The notes under the pieces were generated by a model. That model saw only the letters and a list, made by a program, of their open reading frames with translations, was not told where the DNA came from and made no database searches. Of a stretch of DNA of 34,041 nt, positions 17,627 through 27,607 are shown in pieces. The position numbers were made by a program, and so were the translations under genes. The stretch is from an uncultured Opitutales bacterium (GTDB taxonomy: Bacteria > Verrucomicrobiota > Verrucomicrobiia > Opitutales > UBA9783), in contig CAZIZB010000001.1 in assembly GCA_964543635.1 (NCBI GenBank), positions 1-34,041 on the forward strand. Direction: 5' to 3'. Within the stretch, counting starts at the first letter, position 1; each line of letters opens with the position of its first letter.

Positions 17627-18259
17627 ATGCAAGATAGATTATTAATAGTTGGAAAGAAGATTGGCATGACGCAATTATTCGATGCGAATAATTGTTTGCA
17701 GCCAGTCACAGTTATTGAAGCGGAGCCTTGTTGTGTAAGCCAAATTAAAACCGAAGAAAAAGATGGTTACAAGGCTGTTCAAATCGCTTATCAAGAGAAA
17801 AATCATATTAACAAGCCGACGAGCGGACGTTTAGAGAAAGCAAATATTTCTGAAAAATTGAGCCGTTTTAAGGAGTTTACGACAGATGATTTGCAAGATT
17901 TTTCCTTGGGCCAGAGCTTAAATGTAGATCTTTTTGCCGAAGGGCAGTTGGTGGATGTTGTTGCTACCAGCAAAGGAAAAGGTTTTCAAGGTGTTGTTAA
18001 ACGCTATAATTTTAGAGGTGGTCGTGCAACCCACGGTTCGATGACTCACCGTCGTGGAGGTGGTTATGGTCACTTTCGTCGTATGGGACATATTATTAAG
18101 AACCAAAAAATGCCTGGACACATGGGGGCTGTTCGCGTAACCGTTCAAAATTTGTTGGTTGTTAAAACGATTCCCGAAAAACGTTTAATTTTGTTAAAAG
18201 GAAGCGTGCCTGGAACAAAGGGTGGCTTTATAATGATTCGCAAATCAAAGAGTGCGTAA
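17627..18259 (+). CDS. rplC: 50S ribosomal protein L3
   Basis: 210 aa. ...VGKKIGMTQLF..., ...SKGKGFQGVVKRYNFRGG... Confidence 0.97.
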   Translation: MQDRLLIVGKKIGMTQLFDANNCLQPVTVIEAEPCCVSQIKTEEKDGYKAVQIAYQEKNHINKPTSGRLEKANISEKLSRFKEFTTDDLQDFSLGQSLNVDLFAEGQLVDVVATSKGKGFQGVVKRYNFRGGRATHGSMTHRRGGGYGHFRRMGHIIKNQKMPGHMGAVRVTVQNLLVVKTIPEKRLILLKGSVPGTKGGFIMIRKSKSA

Positions 18260-18271
18260 AAGAGGTGAGAT

Positions 18272-18898
18272 ATGAAGATTAAATTTTACGGTATCGATGG
18301 TGTTTGCAGCGGGGAGCGTGATTACGATATTCCAACGTTTGAAGGAGATCGTGGGCTTCAGGTTTTAAAGGAAGTGGTTCTTGCTTATCAAGCTAATTTG
18401 CGCCAAGGAAATGCTTGTACAAAAACACGTGGCGAGGTTCATGGTTCCGGTAAAAAACCGTTCAGGCAAAAAGGAACGGGTATGGCTCGTCAAGGTGAAA
18501 AACGCAGTCCATTAGCACGTGGAGGAGGTGTTGTATTTGGTCCAAAGCCAAGAGATTTTTCGGTTCAATTGAATCGCAAAGAAAAACGTTTGGCATTGCA
18601 ACGTGCGTTGTTTGATGCGGTTGTTGAAGGCAAATTGTTAGTTTTGGAAGCTTTAAAAGACATGGAAGCACCTAAAACGGCAGTTATGGCTGAAGTTTTA
18701 AATAAGGTTGTTGAAAATCATAAAAGCTTAGTGATTGATAGTGAATTTTCTCAAAATCAATTGCTTTCCTTGCGTAATTTGAATCGAATCTTTTCAGTGG
18801 ATGCCCATTCGGTAAATGCTTTTGATTTGGTACGTTTTCAAAAAGTTGTTATGACGGATCGCGCTTTGGCATCCATTTTGCAACGTATTCAAGCCTAA
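18272..18898 (+). CDS. rplD: 50S ribosomal protein L4
   Basis: 208 aa. ...KKPFRQKGTGMARQGEKRSPLARGGGVVFGPKPRDF... Confidence 0.97.
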   Translation: MKIKFYGIDGVCSGERDYDIPTFEGDRGLQVLKEVVLAYQANLRQGNACTKTRGEVHGSGKKPFRQKGTGMARQGEKRSPLARGGGVVFGPKPRDFSVQLNRKEKRLALQRALFDAVVEGKLLVLEALKDMEAPKTAVMAEVLNKVVENHKSLVIDSEFSQNQLLSLRNLNRIFSVDAHSVNAFDLVRFQKVVMTDRALASILQRIQA

Positions 18899-18911
18899 AC
18901 GAGGATAGAAA

Positions 18912-19202
18912 ATGATAGAAGCTTGGAAAATTTTAAGAGAGTATCGTGTGACAGAAAAAGCGAGTAATTTAATTGCGCGTGAAAATTGTTATACGTTTGA
19001 GGTGGTTGCCGATGCCAATCGTACTGAAGTTGCTGAAGCCGTAGAAAATGCGTTCAAGGTTAAAGTCAGCAAAGTTCGTATTTTGAATCGTAAACCTAAA
19101 GTAAAGCGCAGCCGTCTTCGTAAGACTTTGCCTGGAAAAGTTGGTGGTATGAAGAAGGCTATGGTTGTGTTGAAAAAAGGTTATAAAATAGATATTATTT
19201 AA
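18912..19202 (+). CDS. rplW: 50S ribosomal protein L23
   Basis: 96 aa. ...RVTEKASNL... Positioned between rplD and rplB. Confidence 0.95.
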   Translation: MIEAWKILREYRVTEKASNLIARENCYTFEVVADANRTEVAEAVENAFKVKVSKVRILNRKPKVKRSRLRKTLPGKVGGMKKAMVVLKKGYKIDII

Positions 19203-19212
19203 GGGTGGGATT

Positions 19213-20055
19213 ATGGTATTAGTAAAAACAGTTCCTACAACTCCAGGTCAGCGGTTCTTGATCAAAAATAAGACGGAGATTACAAAGAAGTCTTCAGAAC
19301 GCCGCTTAACAATGGGTGTTCATAGAAAAAAGGGTCGCAATAACGGAGGTCGTGTTACATCGCGTCATCGTGGAGGTGGCCATAAGCGTTTGTATCGTAT
19401 TATCGATTTTAAGCGCAATAAGTTGAGCGTTCCTGCGGTTGTTGAGGCGATTGAGTATGATCCAAATCGTTCGGCCAATTTGGCTTTGCTTAAGTATGCA
19501 GATGGTGAAAAAACTTACATTCTTGCCCCAGAAGGCTTGAATATAGGTGATTCCGTTGTAAGCTTGGACAAGCCGGTTTCTAATTACAAAGTTGGTATGA
19601 GTTTTCCGCTTTCTTGCATTCCTACAGCGGTTAAAATTCACTCTGTTGAGATGACGCCAGGGAATGGTGCTCAGTTAGCTCGTAGCGCAGGTTCGGCCTT
19701 GGAGATCGTTGGTTTTGATAAAGGATATGCTTCCTTGAAGATGCCAAGCGGAGAAATTCGTTTGATTGACGCACGTTGTCGTGCAACGATTGGTCGTGTT
19801 GGCAATGTAGAACATCAAAATGTTGTTCTCGGTAAGGCAGGTCGTGCTCGCTGGAAAGGTCGTCGTCCATCGGTTCGTGGTTGTGCAATGAATCCGATTG
19901 ATCACCCAATGGGTGGAGGTCAAACTGGAGGTGGTAATCATCCTGTTTCTCCTTGGGGTCAGCTTGCAAAGGGTTATGTTACCCGCAAACGCAGAAATAA
20001 GACAGATCGTTTTATTTTGGTTCGTCGTAATGGTAAAAAGGTTAAGAAGGGATAA
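19213..20055 (+). CDS. rplB: 50S ribosomal protein L2
   Basis: 280 aa. ...GRNNGGRVTSRHRGGGHKRLYRIIDF..., ...MNPIDHPMGGG... Confidence 0.98.
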   Translation: MVLVKTVPTTPGQRFLIKNKTEITKKSSERRLTMGVHRKKGRNNGGRVTSRHRGGGHKRLYRIIDFKRNKLSVPAVVEAIEYDPNRSANLALLKYADGEKTYILAPEGLNIGDSVVSLDKPVSNYKVGMSFPLSCIPTAVKIHSVEMTPGNGAQLARSAGSALEIVGFDKGYASLKMPSGEIRLIDARCRATIGRVGNVEHQNVVLGKAGRARWKGRRPSVRGCAMNPIDHPMGGGQTGGGNHPVSPWGQLAKGYVTRKRRNKTDRFILVRRNGKKVKKG

Positions 20056-20058
20056 AAT

Positions 20059-20331
20059 ATGTCGCGTTCTTTAAAGAAAGGTTTTTTTGTTGATCCCAAA
20101 TTAATGGATAAGGTAGATGCTTGTCAGAAATCTGGGAATAAAAAACCAATACAAACATGGTCGCGTCGTTCTACAATAACGCCGGAATTTGTTGGTTTGA
20201 ATTTTAACGTACATAATGGAAAAAGCTTTTTTCCTGTGTATGTTACAGAAAACATGGTAGGTCATAAGTTGGGTGAATTTGCTCCAACACGTACCTTTAA
20301 AACACATAATCCTCATACGCAGAAAGCCTAA
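20059..20331 (+). CDS. rpsS: 30S ribosomal protein S19
   Basis: 90 aa. [12 protein letters not shown]..., ...[33 protein letters not shown]... Confidence 0.98.
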   Translation: MSRSLKKGFFVDPKLMDKVDACQKSGNKKPIQTWSRRSTITPEFVGLNFNVHNGKSFFPVYVTENMVGHKLGEFAPTRTFKTHNPHTQKA

Positions 20332-20690
20332 TGAAAGTACAAGCATTAACTAAAAATATTCGTATTTCTCCGCTAAAATTGAGAGCGGTTGCGAAAGGGT
20401 TGGTTGGAATGGCAGCGCAAGATGCATTACAAACTTTGAAATGGATTCCTCGGAAGTCTGCTCGTTTGGCTGCAAAAACCTTAAAAAGCGCTATTGCGAA
20501 TGCGGAAAATAATTTCAATTTGCCGGTTGAGCAATTGTTGGTATGTGAAGCAACTGTGGATGAAGGGCCTGCGTTTAAACGTTTTCAGCCTGTTTCGAGA
20601 GGTTCGGCGCATCCTATTCGCAAAAGAACAAGTCGTATTAAAATAGTATTGACCTCTGATGGGCAAATAGCTCAAGATCATAAGGAATAA
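20331..20690 (+). CDS. rplV: 50S ribosomal protein L22
   Basis: 119 aa. The ATG overlaps the rpsS stop (TAATG). ...RISPLKLRAVA..., ...DEGPAFKRFQPVSRGSAHPIRKRTSRI... Confidence 0.97.
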   Translation: MKVQALTKNIRISPLKLRAVAKGLVGMAAQDALQTLKWIPRKSARLAAKTLKSAIANAENNFNLPVEQLLVCEATVDEGPAFKRFQPVSRGSAHPIRKRTSRIKIVLTSDGQIAQDHKE

Positions 20691-20695
20691 GAAAT

Positions 20696-21316
20696 ATGGG
20701 ACAAAAGATAAATCCAATAGGTTTCCGTTTGCCGATTCGTCGCGACTGGCGTTCTCGTTGGTTTGCTGCAGGCAAAAATTATATGTCGTGGGTTGCCGAA
20801 GATTTTAAAATTCGCGAGTTTTTGCAAAAGAAATTTAAATACGCTTCCGTTCAAGATATTTTGTTAGAACGTGCCGGCAATCGCATTCGTATTACTATTT
20901 TGACAGGACGTCCAGGTGTTATTATTGGACGTAAAGGTCAAGAGTTGGATAAGGTAAAAGAACAACTACAAAAATTGGTGAAAAAGGCCGTTTTGTTGGA
21001 TGTTCAAGAATTGAAAAAGCCAGATTTAGTTGCGCAATTGATTGCAGAAGGTGTTGCTTTGCAGTTAGAAAAGCGTGTTTCGTTTCGTCGTGCCATGAAA
21101 AAGGCCGTTCAATTGGCGATGAGCACAGGAGCAAAAGGAATTCGTTTACAATGTGCAGGTCGTTTGGGTGGTGCTGAAATTGCAAGAACGGAATCGCAAC
21201 GTGCAGGGTGTGTACCTTTGCATACCTTACGCGCAAATGTAGATTATGGGTTTAATGAGGCGCATACAGTTTACGGGATTATTGGCGTAAAGTGTTGGGT
21301 TTGTCGCGCTGATTAA
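20696..21316 (+). CDS. rpsC: 30S ribosomal protein S3
   Basis: 206 aa. MGQKINPIGFRL... KH domain ...RIRITILTGRPGVIIGRKG... Confidence 0.97.
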   Translation: MGQKINPIGFRLPIRRDWRSRWFAAGKNYMSWVAEDFKIREFLQKKFKYASVQDILLERAGNRIRITILTGRPGVIIGRKGQELDKVKEQLQKLVKKAVLLDVQELKKPDLVAQLIAEGVALQLEKRVSFRRAMKKAVQLAMSTGAKGIRLQCAGRLGGAEIARTESQRAGCVPLHTLRANVDYGFNEAHTVYGIIGVKCWVCRAD

Positions 21317-21332
21317 GAAGTGAGGAAATAAT

Positions 21333-21764
21333 ATGGCAATTTTACTTCCAGCAAGAACAAAATATCGTAAAGTTCAAAAAGGTCGTATTTACGGAAACGC
21401 AAAAGGCGGTGCTGAATTGGCTTTTGGTGACTTTGGAATTCAAGTTTTAGAGCGTGGACGCATTACAGCTGCTCAATTGGAAGCGGCTCGTGTGGCTATC
21501 AATCGACACTTAAAAAGAAAAGGTAAGTTGTGGATGCGCGTTTTCCCTCATAAGCCGATCACGAAAAAACCAGCTGAAACTCGTATGGGTAAGGGAAAAG
21601 GTAGCGTTGAATATTGGGTAGCAGTTGTAAAACCCGGTGTAATTTTATTCGAAGTTGCGGGTGTTTCATTGGCTGTTGCACGTGAAGCTATGGGCTTAGC
21701 GGACCGAAAATTGAGTTTAAAGTGTCGTTTTTTGAGTCGTGAATCTTTAAGTCAGCGTTTCTAA
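21333..21764 (+). CDS. rplP: 50S ribosomal protein L16
   Basis: 143 aa. ...[11 protein letters not shown]..., ...[21 protein letters not shown]... Confidence 0.97.
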   Translation: MAILLPARTKYRKVQKGRIYGNAKGGAELAFGDFGIQVLERGRITAAQLEAARVAINRHLKRKGKLWMRVFPHKPITKKPAETRMGKGKGSVEYWVAVVKPGVILFEVAGVSLAVAREAMGLADRKLSLKCRFLSRESLSQRF

Positions 21765-21775
21765 GGAGGATAACT

Positions 21776-21970
21776 ATGGAAATGAAAGAAATTTTAAAGT
21801 TGACACAAGATGAGTTGCGCGCGAAATTAGTTTCAACATCGCAGCAATATTTGGAATTGCGCATGAAGAAGCAGTTGGGGCAATTGAAGAGTCCAGCAGA
21901 AATTCGTGAGTTGCATAAGGATATTGCAAGAATTAATTTAGCTTTGACGCAAAAAGCTGCGCAAGCTTAA
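21776..21970 (+). CDS. rpmC: 50S ribosomal protein L29
   Basis: 64 aa helical protein in the conserved slot between rplP and rpsQ. SD AAGGAGGA upstream. Confidence 0.93.
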   Translation: MEMKEILKLTQDELRAKLVSTSQQYLELRMKKQLGQLKSPAEIRELHKDIARINLALTQKAAQA

Positions 21971-21984
21971 ACAAGGTTTGATAT

Positions 21985-22254
21985 ATGGAAACAGTAGAAC
22001 AGAGAACGCAACGAAAGACATTGGTAGGGGTTGTTAATAATCGTTCCGGTGATAAATCTATTAAGGTTATTTTCTTTTATAAAAAACCACATCCTTTATT
22101 TCGTAAAGAAATTAAACGTAAGACCGTGTTACACGTTCATGATGCTGAAAACGCTTGTAATGTTGGTGATAAGGTGGAAATTATGGCTACGCGTCCATTA
22201 AGTCGTTTGAAACGTTGGCGTGTAGTGCGTATATTAGAAAAAGCGCAAGCGTAA
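21985..22254 (+). CDS. rpsQ: 30S ribosomal protein S17
   Basis: 89 aa. ...TLVGVVNNRSGDKSIKV..., ...GDKVEIMATRPLSRLKRWRVV... Confidence 0.96.
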   Translation: METVEQRTQRKTLVGVVNNRSGDKSIKVIFFYKKPHPLFRKEIKRKTVLHVHDAENACNVGDKVEIMATRPLSRLKRWRVVRILEKAQA

Positions 22255-22275
22255 TTGTTGAGGAGGTTGTAGCAT

Positions 22276-22641
22276 ATGTTGCAAATGAATAGTGTGATGG
22301 AGGTGGCTGATAACACGGGTGCAAAAAGTGTTGCCATGATCCGTCGCTTAGGTCAATTGAGTCGGACGGCTCAGGTAGGCGATATTTTTATCGGTTCCGT
22401 TAAAGAAAGTTCTCCTGAAGCCACAGTTAAAAAGGGTAGTGTTGTTTGTGCAGTCATTGTACGCACTAAATACGCAATACCAAGAGAAGATGGTTCTTAT
22501 TTGCGTTTTGATACCAATGCTTGTGTCATTATTGACGCCAATAACAATCCTAAGGGTACGCGTGTTTTTGGCCCTGTAGCTCGTGAGTTACGTCAAAAGA
22601 ATTTTATGAAAATCATTTCTTTGGCACCGGAGGTTATATAA
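22276..22641 (+). CDS. rplN: 50S ribosomal protein L14
   Basis: 121 aa. [17 protein letters not shown]... SD GAGGAGG upstream. Confidence 0.98.
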   Translation: MLQMNSVMEVADNTGAKSVAMIRRLGQLSRTAQVGDIFIGSVKESSPEATVKKGSVVCAVIVRTKYAIPREDGSYLRFDTNACVIIDANNNPKGTRVFGPVARELRQKNFMKIISLAPEVI

Positions 22642-22898
22642 TGAAATACAAGGTCAAAAAAGGAACAGAAGTTGTTGTTATTACCGGTGAACACAAGGGG
22701 AAAAAAGGTAAGGTTTTGGAAGTACTTCGTGATTCTCAACGTGTTGTTATTGAGGGAATTAATTTGCGTAAGAAGTTCTTGAAAAAATCTCAAGAGAATC
22801 CTAATGGCGGTATTATTGAAAAGGAAATGCCTATTCATTATTCGAATATAAAGGTGATTGTCGATAAACCTGAAGAGAAGCAGGAGGAAGTCAAATGA
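22641..22898 (+). CDS. rplX: 50S ribosomal protein L24
   Basis: 85 aa. KOW motif [23 protein letters not shown]. The ATG overlaps the rplN stop. Confidence 0.96.
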   Translation: MKYKVKKGTEVVVITGEHKGKKGKVLEVLRDSQRVVIEGINLRKKFLKKSQENPNGGIIEKEMPIHYSNIKVIVDKPEEKQEEVK

Positions 22899-23440
22899 AA
22901 CAAGTACCTGTTTTAAAGGAGCTTTATTTAAAGCAAGTTGTACCTTCTTTAATGAAGGAGCATGGTTTCGAGAATATTCATGATGTTCCCAAAGTTGAGA
23001 AGGTTGTTTTAAATTCTCGTATTGATTCTGGTTTGGACAAAGCTCACATTGAACAACTCGTTAAGGAAATGGGCTTGATTGCTGGACAAAAACCTTTGAT
23101 TACAAAAGCTAAGAAAAGCATATCCAATTTTAAATTGCGTGAAGGTATGTCGGCTGGTGTAAAGGTAACCTTGCGTGGTGATCGCATGTATGACTTTTTA
23201 TACCGTTTAATCAATGTTGCTTTGCCTGTTATTCGAGATTTTCGTGGTGTTGCTAAGAAAATGGACAAACAAGGAAATTTGAATATTGGTATTGCAGATC
23301 ATACGATTTTCCCTGAAATTAAAATTGAAACAAGCAACCGCCAGAATGTTGGTTTGGATATTGCGATTGTTACCAATGTATCTAAGGACAGTGATGCATT
23401 GTTGTTGCTTGAAAAATTAGGAATGGCATTTAGAAAGTAA
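22895..23440 (+). CDS. rplE: 50S ribosomal protein L5
   Basis: 181 aa. ATGA overlap with the rplX stop. ...[29 protein letters not shown]... Confidence 0.97.
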   Translation: MKQVPVLKELYLKQVVPSLMKEHGFENIHDVPKVEKVVLNSRIDSGLDKAHIEQLVKEMGLIAGQKPLITKAKKSISNFKLREGMSAGVKVTLRGDRMYDFLYRLINVALPVIRDFRGVAKKMDKQGNLNIGIADHTIFPEIKIETSNRQNVGLDIAIVTNVSKDSDALLLLEKLGMAFRK

Positions 23441-23444
23441 GTAT

Positions 23445-23750
23445 ATGGCAAAAAAGTCTTCAATTGCGCGTAATGCACATCGGGCTAAATTAATTGAGAA
23501 ATACGCTGAAAAACGTAGAGAGCTCAAAGCAAAAATTTTAGATCCAAAAACTTCAGATGAAGAATTTTTCAAGGCTCAAAGAGAATTGGCTTTGTTGCCA
23601 CGAAATTCTTCTCGGATTCGTTATCGGAATCGTTGTTCGATTACAGGACGTCCGCGAGGATATTTTGGACGATTTGGTGTTTCGCGACTTACATTGCGTG
23701 AGTTTGCATTAAAAGGTTTATTGCCGGGTGTAACAAAGGCTTCTTGGTAA
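23445..23750 (+). CDS. rpsN: 30S ribosomal protein S14, long (non-zinc) form
   Basis: 101 aa. ...RNRCSITGRPRGYFGRFGVSRLTLREFALKGLLPGVTKASW. No CxxC pairs. Confidence 0.96.
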   Translation: MAKKSSIARNAHRAKLIEKYAEKRRELKAKILDPKTSDEEFFKAQRELALLPRNSSRIRYRNRCSITGRPRGYFGRFGVSRLTLREFALKGLLPGVTKASW

Positions 23751-23754
23751 AATT

Positions 23755-24144
23755 ATGGATACGATAGGTGATTTTTTGACAATTATTAGGAATGCGAGCC
23801 GTGCAAATAAGCCTACTTGTTGTGCTCAATTTTCTAACATTCGCAAAGGTATTGCTCTTTTGTTGAAAAAAGAGGGATATATTGCTGATGTAAAGGAAGG
23901 TACAGATGCTCGTGGTTTTAAGAATTTGGTAATTCGTTTAAAATATGTTAAAGGTGTGCCAGTTCTTAATGTTTTAAAGCGTTGCAGCACGCCAGGTGCA
24001 CGTTGGTATGTTGATTGTGAACACATTCCAAGTGTTTTGAGCGGTTTAGGTATTTGTGTTCTTTCAACTTCTAAAGGTATTTTGTCGGGTAAAGAGGCAA
24101 AAGAAATGAGAGTTGGAGGCGAATTAATTTGTAAGGTTTGGTAA
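23755..24144 (+). CDS. rpsH: 30S ribosomal protein S8
   Basis: 129 aa. ...DTIGDFLTIIRNA..., ends ...GGELICKVW. Confidence 0.97.
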   Translation: MDTIGDFLTIIRNASRANKPTCCAQFSNIRKGIALLLKKEGYIADVKEGTDARGFKNLVIRLKYVKGVPVLNVLKRCSTPGARWYVDCEHIPSVLSGLGICVLSTSKGILSGKEAKEMRVGGELICKVW

Positions 24145-24148
24145 GGCG

Positions 24149-24685
24149 ATGAGTAGAATTGGAAAGCTTCCTATTAATTTAGGTGATAAGGTTTCTGTTA
24201 CAGTTAATGGGGATACCGTAGTTGTAAAAGGACCTAAAGGAGAATTAAGTAAGACGTTTGCCTCTTGCGTTACCATAAAGGTAGAAAACAATCAGGTTTT
24301 GGTAAGTCCTAAAAATGATGAACGTTTTTCTTTGGCTATGCATGGTACTGTTCGTGCGATTATTGCCAACATGGTAAAGGGTGTTCAGGAGCCATTTTTT
24401 AAGGATTTGGAGATTCAAGGTGTTGGTTTTAAGGCAGCTGTTTCTGGCAATGTTTTAGATTTGGCCTTGGGATATTCACATCCAATAAAGTATTCCATTC
24501 CTGAGGGTGTTTCTATTCAGGTTAAGGAAGGTACGAAGTTGCACGTAGAAGGTGCGGATTGCTGTGTTGTTGGACAAGTAGCTGCAGATATAAAGCGTTA
24601 TTATCCTGTAGAACCTTACAAAGGCAAAGGTGTACGTATTTTAGGTGAATTTGTTCGCCGCAAGGAAGGTAAGAAGAAGGCTTAA
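24149..24685 (+). CDS. rplF: 50S ribosomal protein L6
   Basis: 178 aa. MSRIGKLPI..., ...YPVEPYKGKGVR... Confidence 0.97.
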   Translation: MSRIGKLPINLGDKVSVTVNGDTVVVKGPKGELSKTFASCVTIKVENNQVLVSPKNDERFSLAMHGTVRAIIANMVKGVQEPFFKDLEIQGVGFKAAVSGNVLDLALGYSHPIKYSIPEGVSIQVKEGTKLHVEGADCCVVGQVAADIKRYYPVEPYKGKGVRILGEFVRRKEGKKKA

Positions 24686-24689
24686 TGTT

Positions 24690-25052
24690 ATGAAATTGTT
24701 TGAAAAGCAGAGATTGGAACAAAATCGTCGTTTTCGCATTCGTTCTAAGGTTAAGGGAACGGCTGAACGTCCACGTTTGACTTTGTGTTTGTCGAATAAA
24801 CATGCTTATGCACAATGTATCGACGATGATGCAGGTAGAACATTGGGAGCGCTTTCTTCGTTGTCTAAAGATTTGAAGGCCCTTCATTTGAAGCCGAATG
24901 TTGCAGGTTTACAAGAATTAGGTAAATTGTTCGGTAATTATTTGAAGGAAAAGGGCATTACGCAGGTTGTTTTTGATCGTGCGGGACGTTCTTATTTGGG
25001 GGGTGTTCGTGTTTTTGCGGATGCAGTTCGTGAAGCAGGTATTAATTTTTAA
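24690..25052 (+). CDS. rplR: 50S ribosomal protein L18
   Basis: 120 aa from ATG 24690, with a purine-rich SD (GAAGG) about 9 nt upstream. ...RIRSKVKGTAERPRLTLCLSNKHAYAQ..., ...VVFDRAGRSYLGGVRVFADAVREAG. The track start 24645 lies inside rplF and is rejected. Confidence 0.95.
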   Translation: MKLFEKQRLEQNRRFRIRSKVKGTAERPRLTLCLSNKHAYAQCIDDDAGRTLGALSSLSKDLKALHLKPNVAGLQELGKLFGNYLKEKGITQVVFDRAGRSYLGGVRVFADAVREAGINF

Positions 25053-25063
25053 CGTTTAATTTT

Positions 25064-25621
25064 ATGGAAGTAAAAGAAATCGAGGCTAACAATCAGGATT
25101 TAGGTTTCTTGGCAGAAAAACAGGAAATGCTTCTTTCTGAACCTTTAGAAGGTTGGGTTGAAAAGGTCGTTCACATTAATCGTTGCGCTAAAGTCGTAAA
25201 AGGTGGACGCCGTTTTAGCTTTTCGGTACTTATTGTTGCTGGTAATAAGGCAGGTCTTATTGGTGTTGGTTTAGGAAAAGCGAAAGAAGTTTCGGATGCT
25301 ATTCGTAAGGCAAGTGAGGCTGCTAAGAAGCGTGTTTATAGAGTTTCATTGTTGAACAGTACTATTCCGCATGAAGTTGTTGGAGAAGCAGGAGGTGGAC
25401 GTGTTGTTTTGAAGCCTGCTTGTTCGGGTACAGGTGTTATTGCAGGTGGCGGTATTCGTGCCGTTTTAGAAATGGCGGGCGTAAAAGATGTTTTGTCTAA
25501 GTCTTTAGGGGCTAACAATCATCTTTCTATGGTACGTTCTACAATTAATGCACTTTTGCAGTTGCGTACAAAGCGTCAAATTTGTGCGATGCGTGCAGCT
25601 GAGGGAGATGTTTTAGCATAA
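25064..25621 (+). CDS. rpsE: 30S ribosomal protein S5
   Basis: 185 aa. ...VVHINRCAKVVKGGRRFSFSVLIVAGNKAGLIGVGLGKAKEV... Confidence 0.97.
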   Translation: MEVKEIEANNQDLGFLAEKQEMLLSEPLEGWVEKVVHINRCAKVVKGGRRFSFSVLIVAGNKAGLIGVGLGKAKEVSDAIRKASEAAKKRVYRVSLLNSTIPHEVVGEAGGGRVVLKPACSGTGVIAGGGIRAVLEMAGVKDVLSKSLGANNHLSMVRSTINALLQLRTKRQICAMRAAEGDVLA

Positions 25622-25630
25622 GGTTCGTTT

Positions 25631-26077
25631 ATGAAATTAGATAATTTACCTTTTACAGAGAATCGTTTGCATAAAAGTAAGCGTTTAGGTTGCGGTAAGG
25701 GAAGTGGTCATGGAAAAACCTGTTCCCGCGGAAATAAGGGAGGGAATGCTCGTTCAGGTTATTCTACACCTAAAAACTTTTCAGGTATTCCGTGGTATCG
25801 CAAATTACCAAAACGCGGCTTTAACAATGTTAACTTTAAATTGTTTTATAACACAATTAATTTAGGCCGTTTGGACGTTGTTTTACCTGAAGATTTTTCT
25901 GAAGTTATCGATAAAGACGTTTTAAAGCGTTTTGGACTTTTAAAGGATGAAAATAAGCCGGTAAAGTTATTAGGTGAAGGCGAATGGAAGCGTCCTTTAT
26001 CGTTCAATGTCGATAAAATTACTTCGGGTGCTAAAGAAAAAATTGAAGCCGTTGGTGGAAAAATAATCGAAAAATAA
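25631..26077 (+). CDS. rplO: 50S ribosomal protein L15
   Basis: 148 aa. ...RLGCGKGSGHGKTCSRGNKGGNARSG... It follows rpsE directly, with no rpmD between. Confidence 0.96.
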   Translation: MKLDNLPFTENRLHKSKRLGCGKGSGHGKTCSRGNKGGNARSGYSTPKNFSGIPWYRKLPKRGFNNVNFKLFYNTINLGRLDVVLPEDFSEVIDKDVLKRFGLLKDENKPVKLLGEGEWKRPLSFNVDKITSGAKEKIEAVGGKIIEK

Positions 26078-26083
26078 TATATT

Positions 26084-27598
26084 ATGTTGGCTGCTTTCGT
26101 AAATTGTTTTCGTGTGCCAGAATTAAAGCAAAAGTTGTTGTTTACTTTGTCGCTTTTGTTTGTTGCGCGAATTGGTTGTAATATTCCTTTGCCAGGGATT
26201 GATCCCTTGCCTTTGAAAAACTTTTTTGAATCACAAAAGATGTTGGGCGGTGGACAATTGGTTGGTTTATACAATTTGTTTACGGGAGGAGCCTTCTTAA
26301 AAGGAGCTATTTTTGGATTGGGTGTAATGCCCTACATTAGTGCTTCTATTATTTTTCAATTATTGGGCGCCATGTTACCTTCGTTAGCTAAATTGCAACA
26401 AGAAGGTGAGTTTGGTCATCAGCGTTTGATGCAATATACACGTTATTTAACCCTTTTGATTTGTTTTATTCAAGGTTGGTTATTAATAATGGCTTTGACG
26501 AATTATCCCGATAAGCTTTTCCCTGGGTTTGATGTTGCTACCTATGGTTCGATTGCATTACATCAAGGATTTTGGTTTTTGTTGATATCTACTCTTTTAC
26601 TATCGACGGGTACTTTGATTTTGACTTGGTTGGGTGAACAAATTACGCAGCGCGGCGTTGGAAATGGTGTTTCGCTTTTAATTACCGTAGGTATTTTGTC
26701 CGGCTTGCCTCAAAGTATTTATTTGTTTGTGAAAATGTTTGCTGCACCGATAGGTGTGGATGAAAGCATGCGTTTTGGCGGCTTGCAATGTATTTTGATG
26801 CTTGTTTTGTTGTTCGTCGTTGTTGCAGCAATGGTTGCTGTTACGCAGGCACAACGTAAGATTGTGGTTCAATATGCCAAGCGTTTAGTGGGAAGAAAAA
26901 TGTATGGTGGCCAAAGTTCATTTTTGCCCTTAAAAGTGAATTATGCAGGTGTTATGCCAGTTATTTTTGCCAGTGCTTTGCTCATGTTCCCACAACAATT
27001 GCTTGCCTATTTAGGAGCTGCTTTTGGAATTACGGCATTTCAACAATGGTCGATGGTATTTTCGCAAGGATCGGGCTTGTATTATACGGCTTATGGAATT
27101 TTAATCTTAGGTTTTAGCTATTTTTGGGTTTCTATTATGTTTAAACCTTTGCAAATAGCAGATGAACTTAAAAAGAATGGTGGTTATATTCCAGGGGTGC
27201 GTCCTGGAAATTCGACAGCTCAGTTTTTAGATTTTGTAATGACGCGTTTAACGCTTGCTGGAGCTTTATTTTTAACAGCCATTGCTTTGTTCCCGGATCT
27301 TTTGTATTTCTTGTATAAAGTACCTTATCGTGTTGCTCTGTTTTTTGGAGGAACAGGAACGCTCATTACGGTAGGTGTTTTGTTAGATACAATGAAGCAA
27401 TTGGAAACCTATCTTTTGCAGCGCAATTATGAAGGATTTTTATCCAAGGGTGTTTTGCGTGGGCGGAGTGCTTTTACTTCACAATTCCAGAAGTTAATTG
27501 AGACAGATGACAAAGGTTTTAGGGTTTTGTGGAAGACGGTTGTTACTTTGTTTGTGTTGGGCTTAGTTGCTTGGGGTGCACGTTCGTTCTTTTTTTAA
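26084..27598 (+). CDS. secY: preprotein translocase subunit SecY (with a C-terminal extension of about 51 aa)
   Basis: 504 aa polytopic protein. ...GIMPYISASIIFQLL... type motif (GVMPYISASIIFQLLG), ...GGTGTLITVGVLLDTMKQLETYLLQRNYEGFL... followed by extra residues. Confidence 0.97.
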   Translation: MLAAFVNCFRVPELKQKLLFTLSLLFVARIGCNIPLPGIDPLPLKNFFESQKMLGGGQLVGLYNLFTGGAFLKGAIFGLGVMPYISASIIFQLLGAMLPSLAKLQQEGEFGHQRLMQYTRYLTLLICFIQGWLLIMALTNYPDKLFPGFDVATYGSIALHQGFWFLLISTLLLSTGTLILTWLGEQITQRGVGNGVSLLITVGILSGLPQSIYLFVKMFAAPIGVDESMRFGGLQCILMLVLLFVVVAAMVAVTQAQRKIVVQYAKRLVGRKMYGGQSSFLPLKVNYAGVMPVIFASALLMFPQQLLAYLGAAFGITAFQQWSMVFSQGSGLYYTAYGILILGFSYFWVSIMFKPLQIADELKKNGGYIPGVRPGNSTAQFLDFVMTRLTLAGALFLTAIALFPDLLYFLYKVPYRVALFFGGTGTLITVGVLLDTMKQLETYLLQRNYEGFLSKGVLRGRSAFTSQFQKLIETDDKGFRVLWKTVVTLFVLGLVAWGARSFFF

Positions 27599-27607
27599 AG
27601 GATTGTT

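Noticed and set aside
25846-26274. Minus-strand 142-aa ORF spanning the rplO/secY junction
   Set aside because: It is antisense to two conserved genes, with no signals. It is a shadow ORF.
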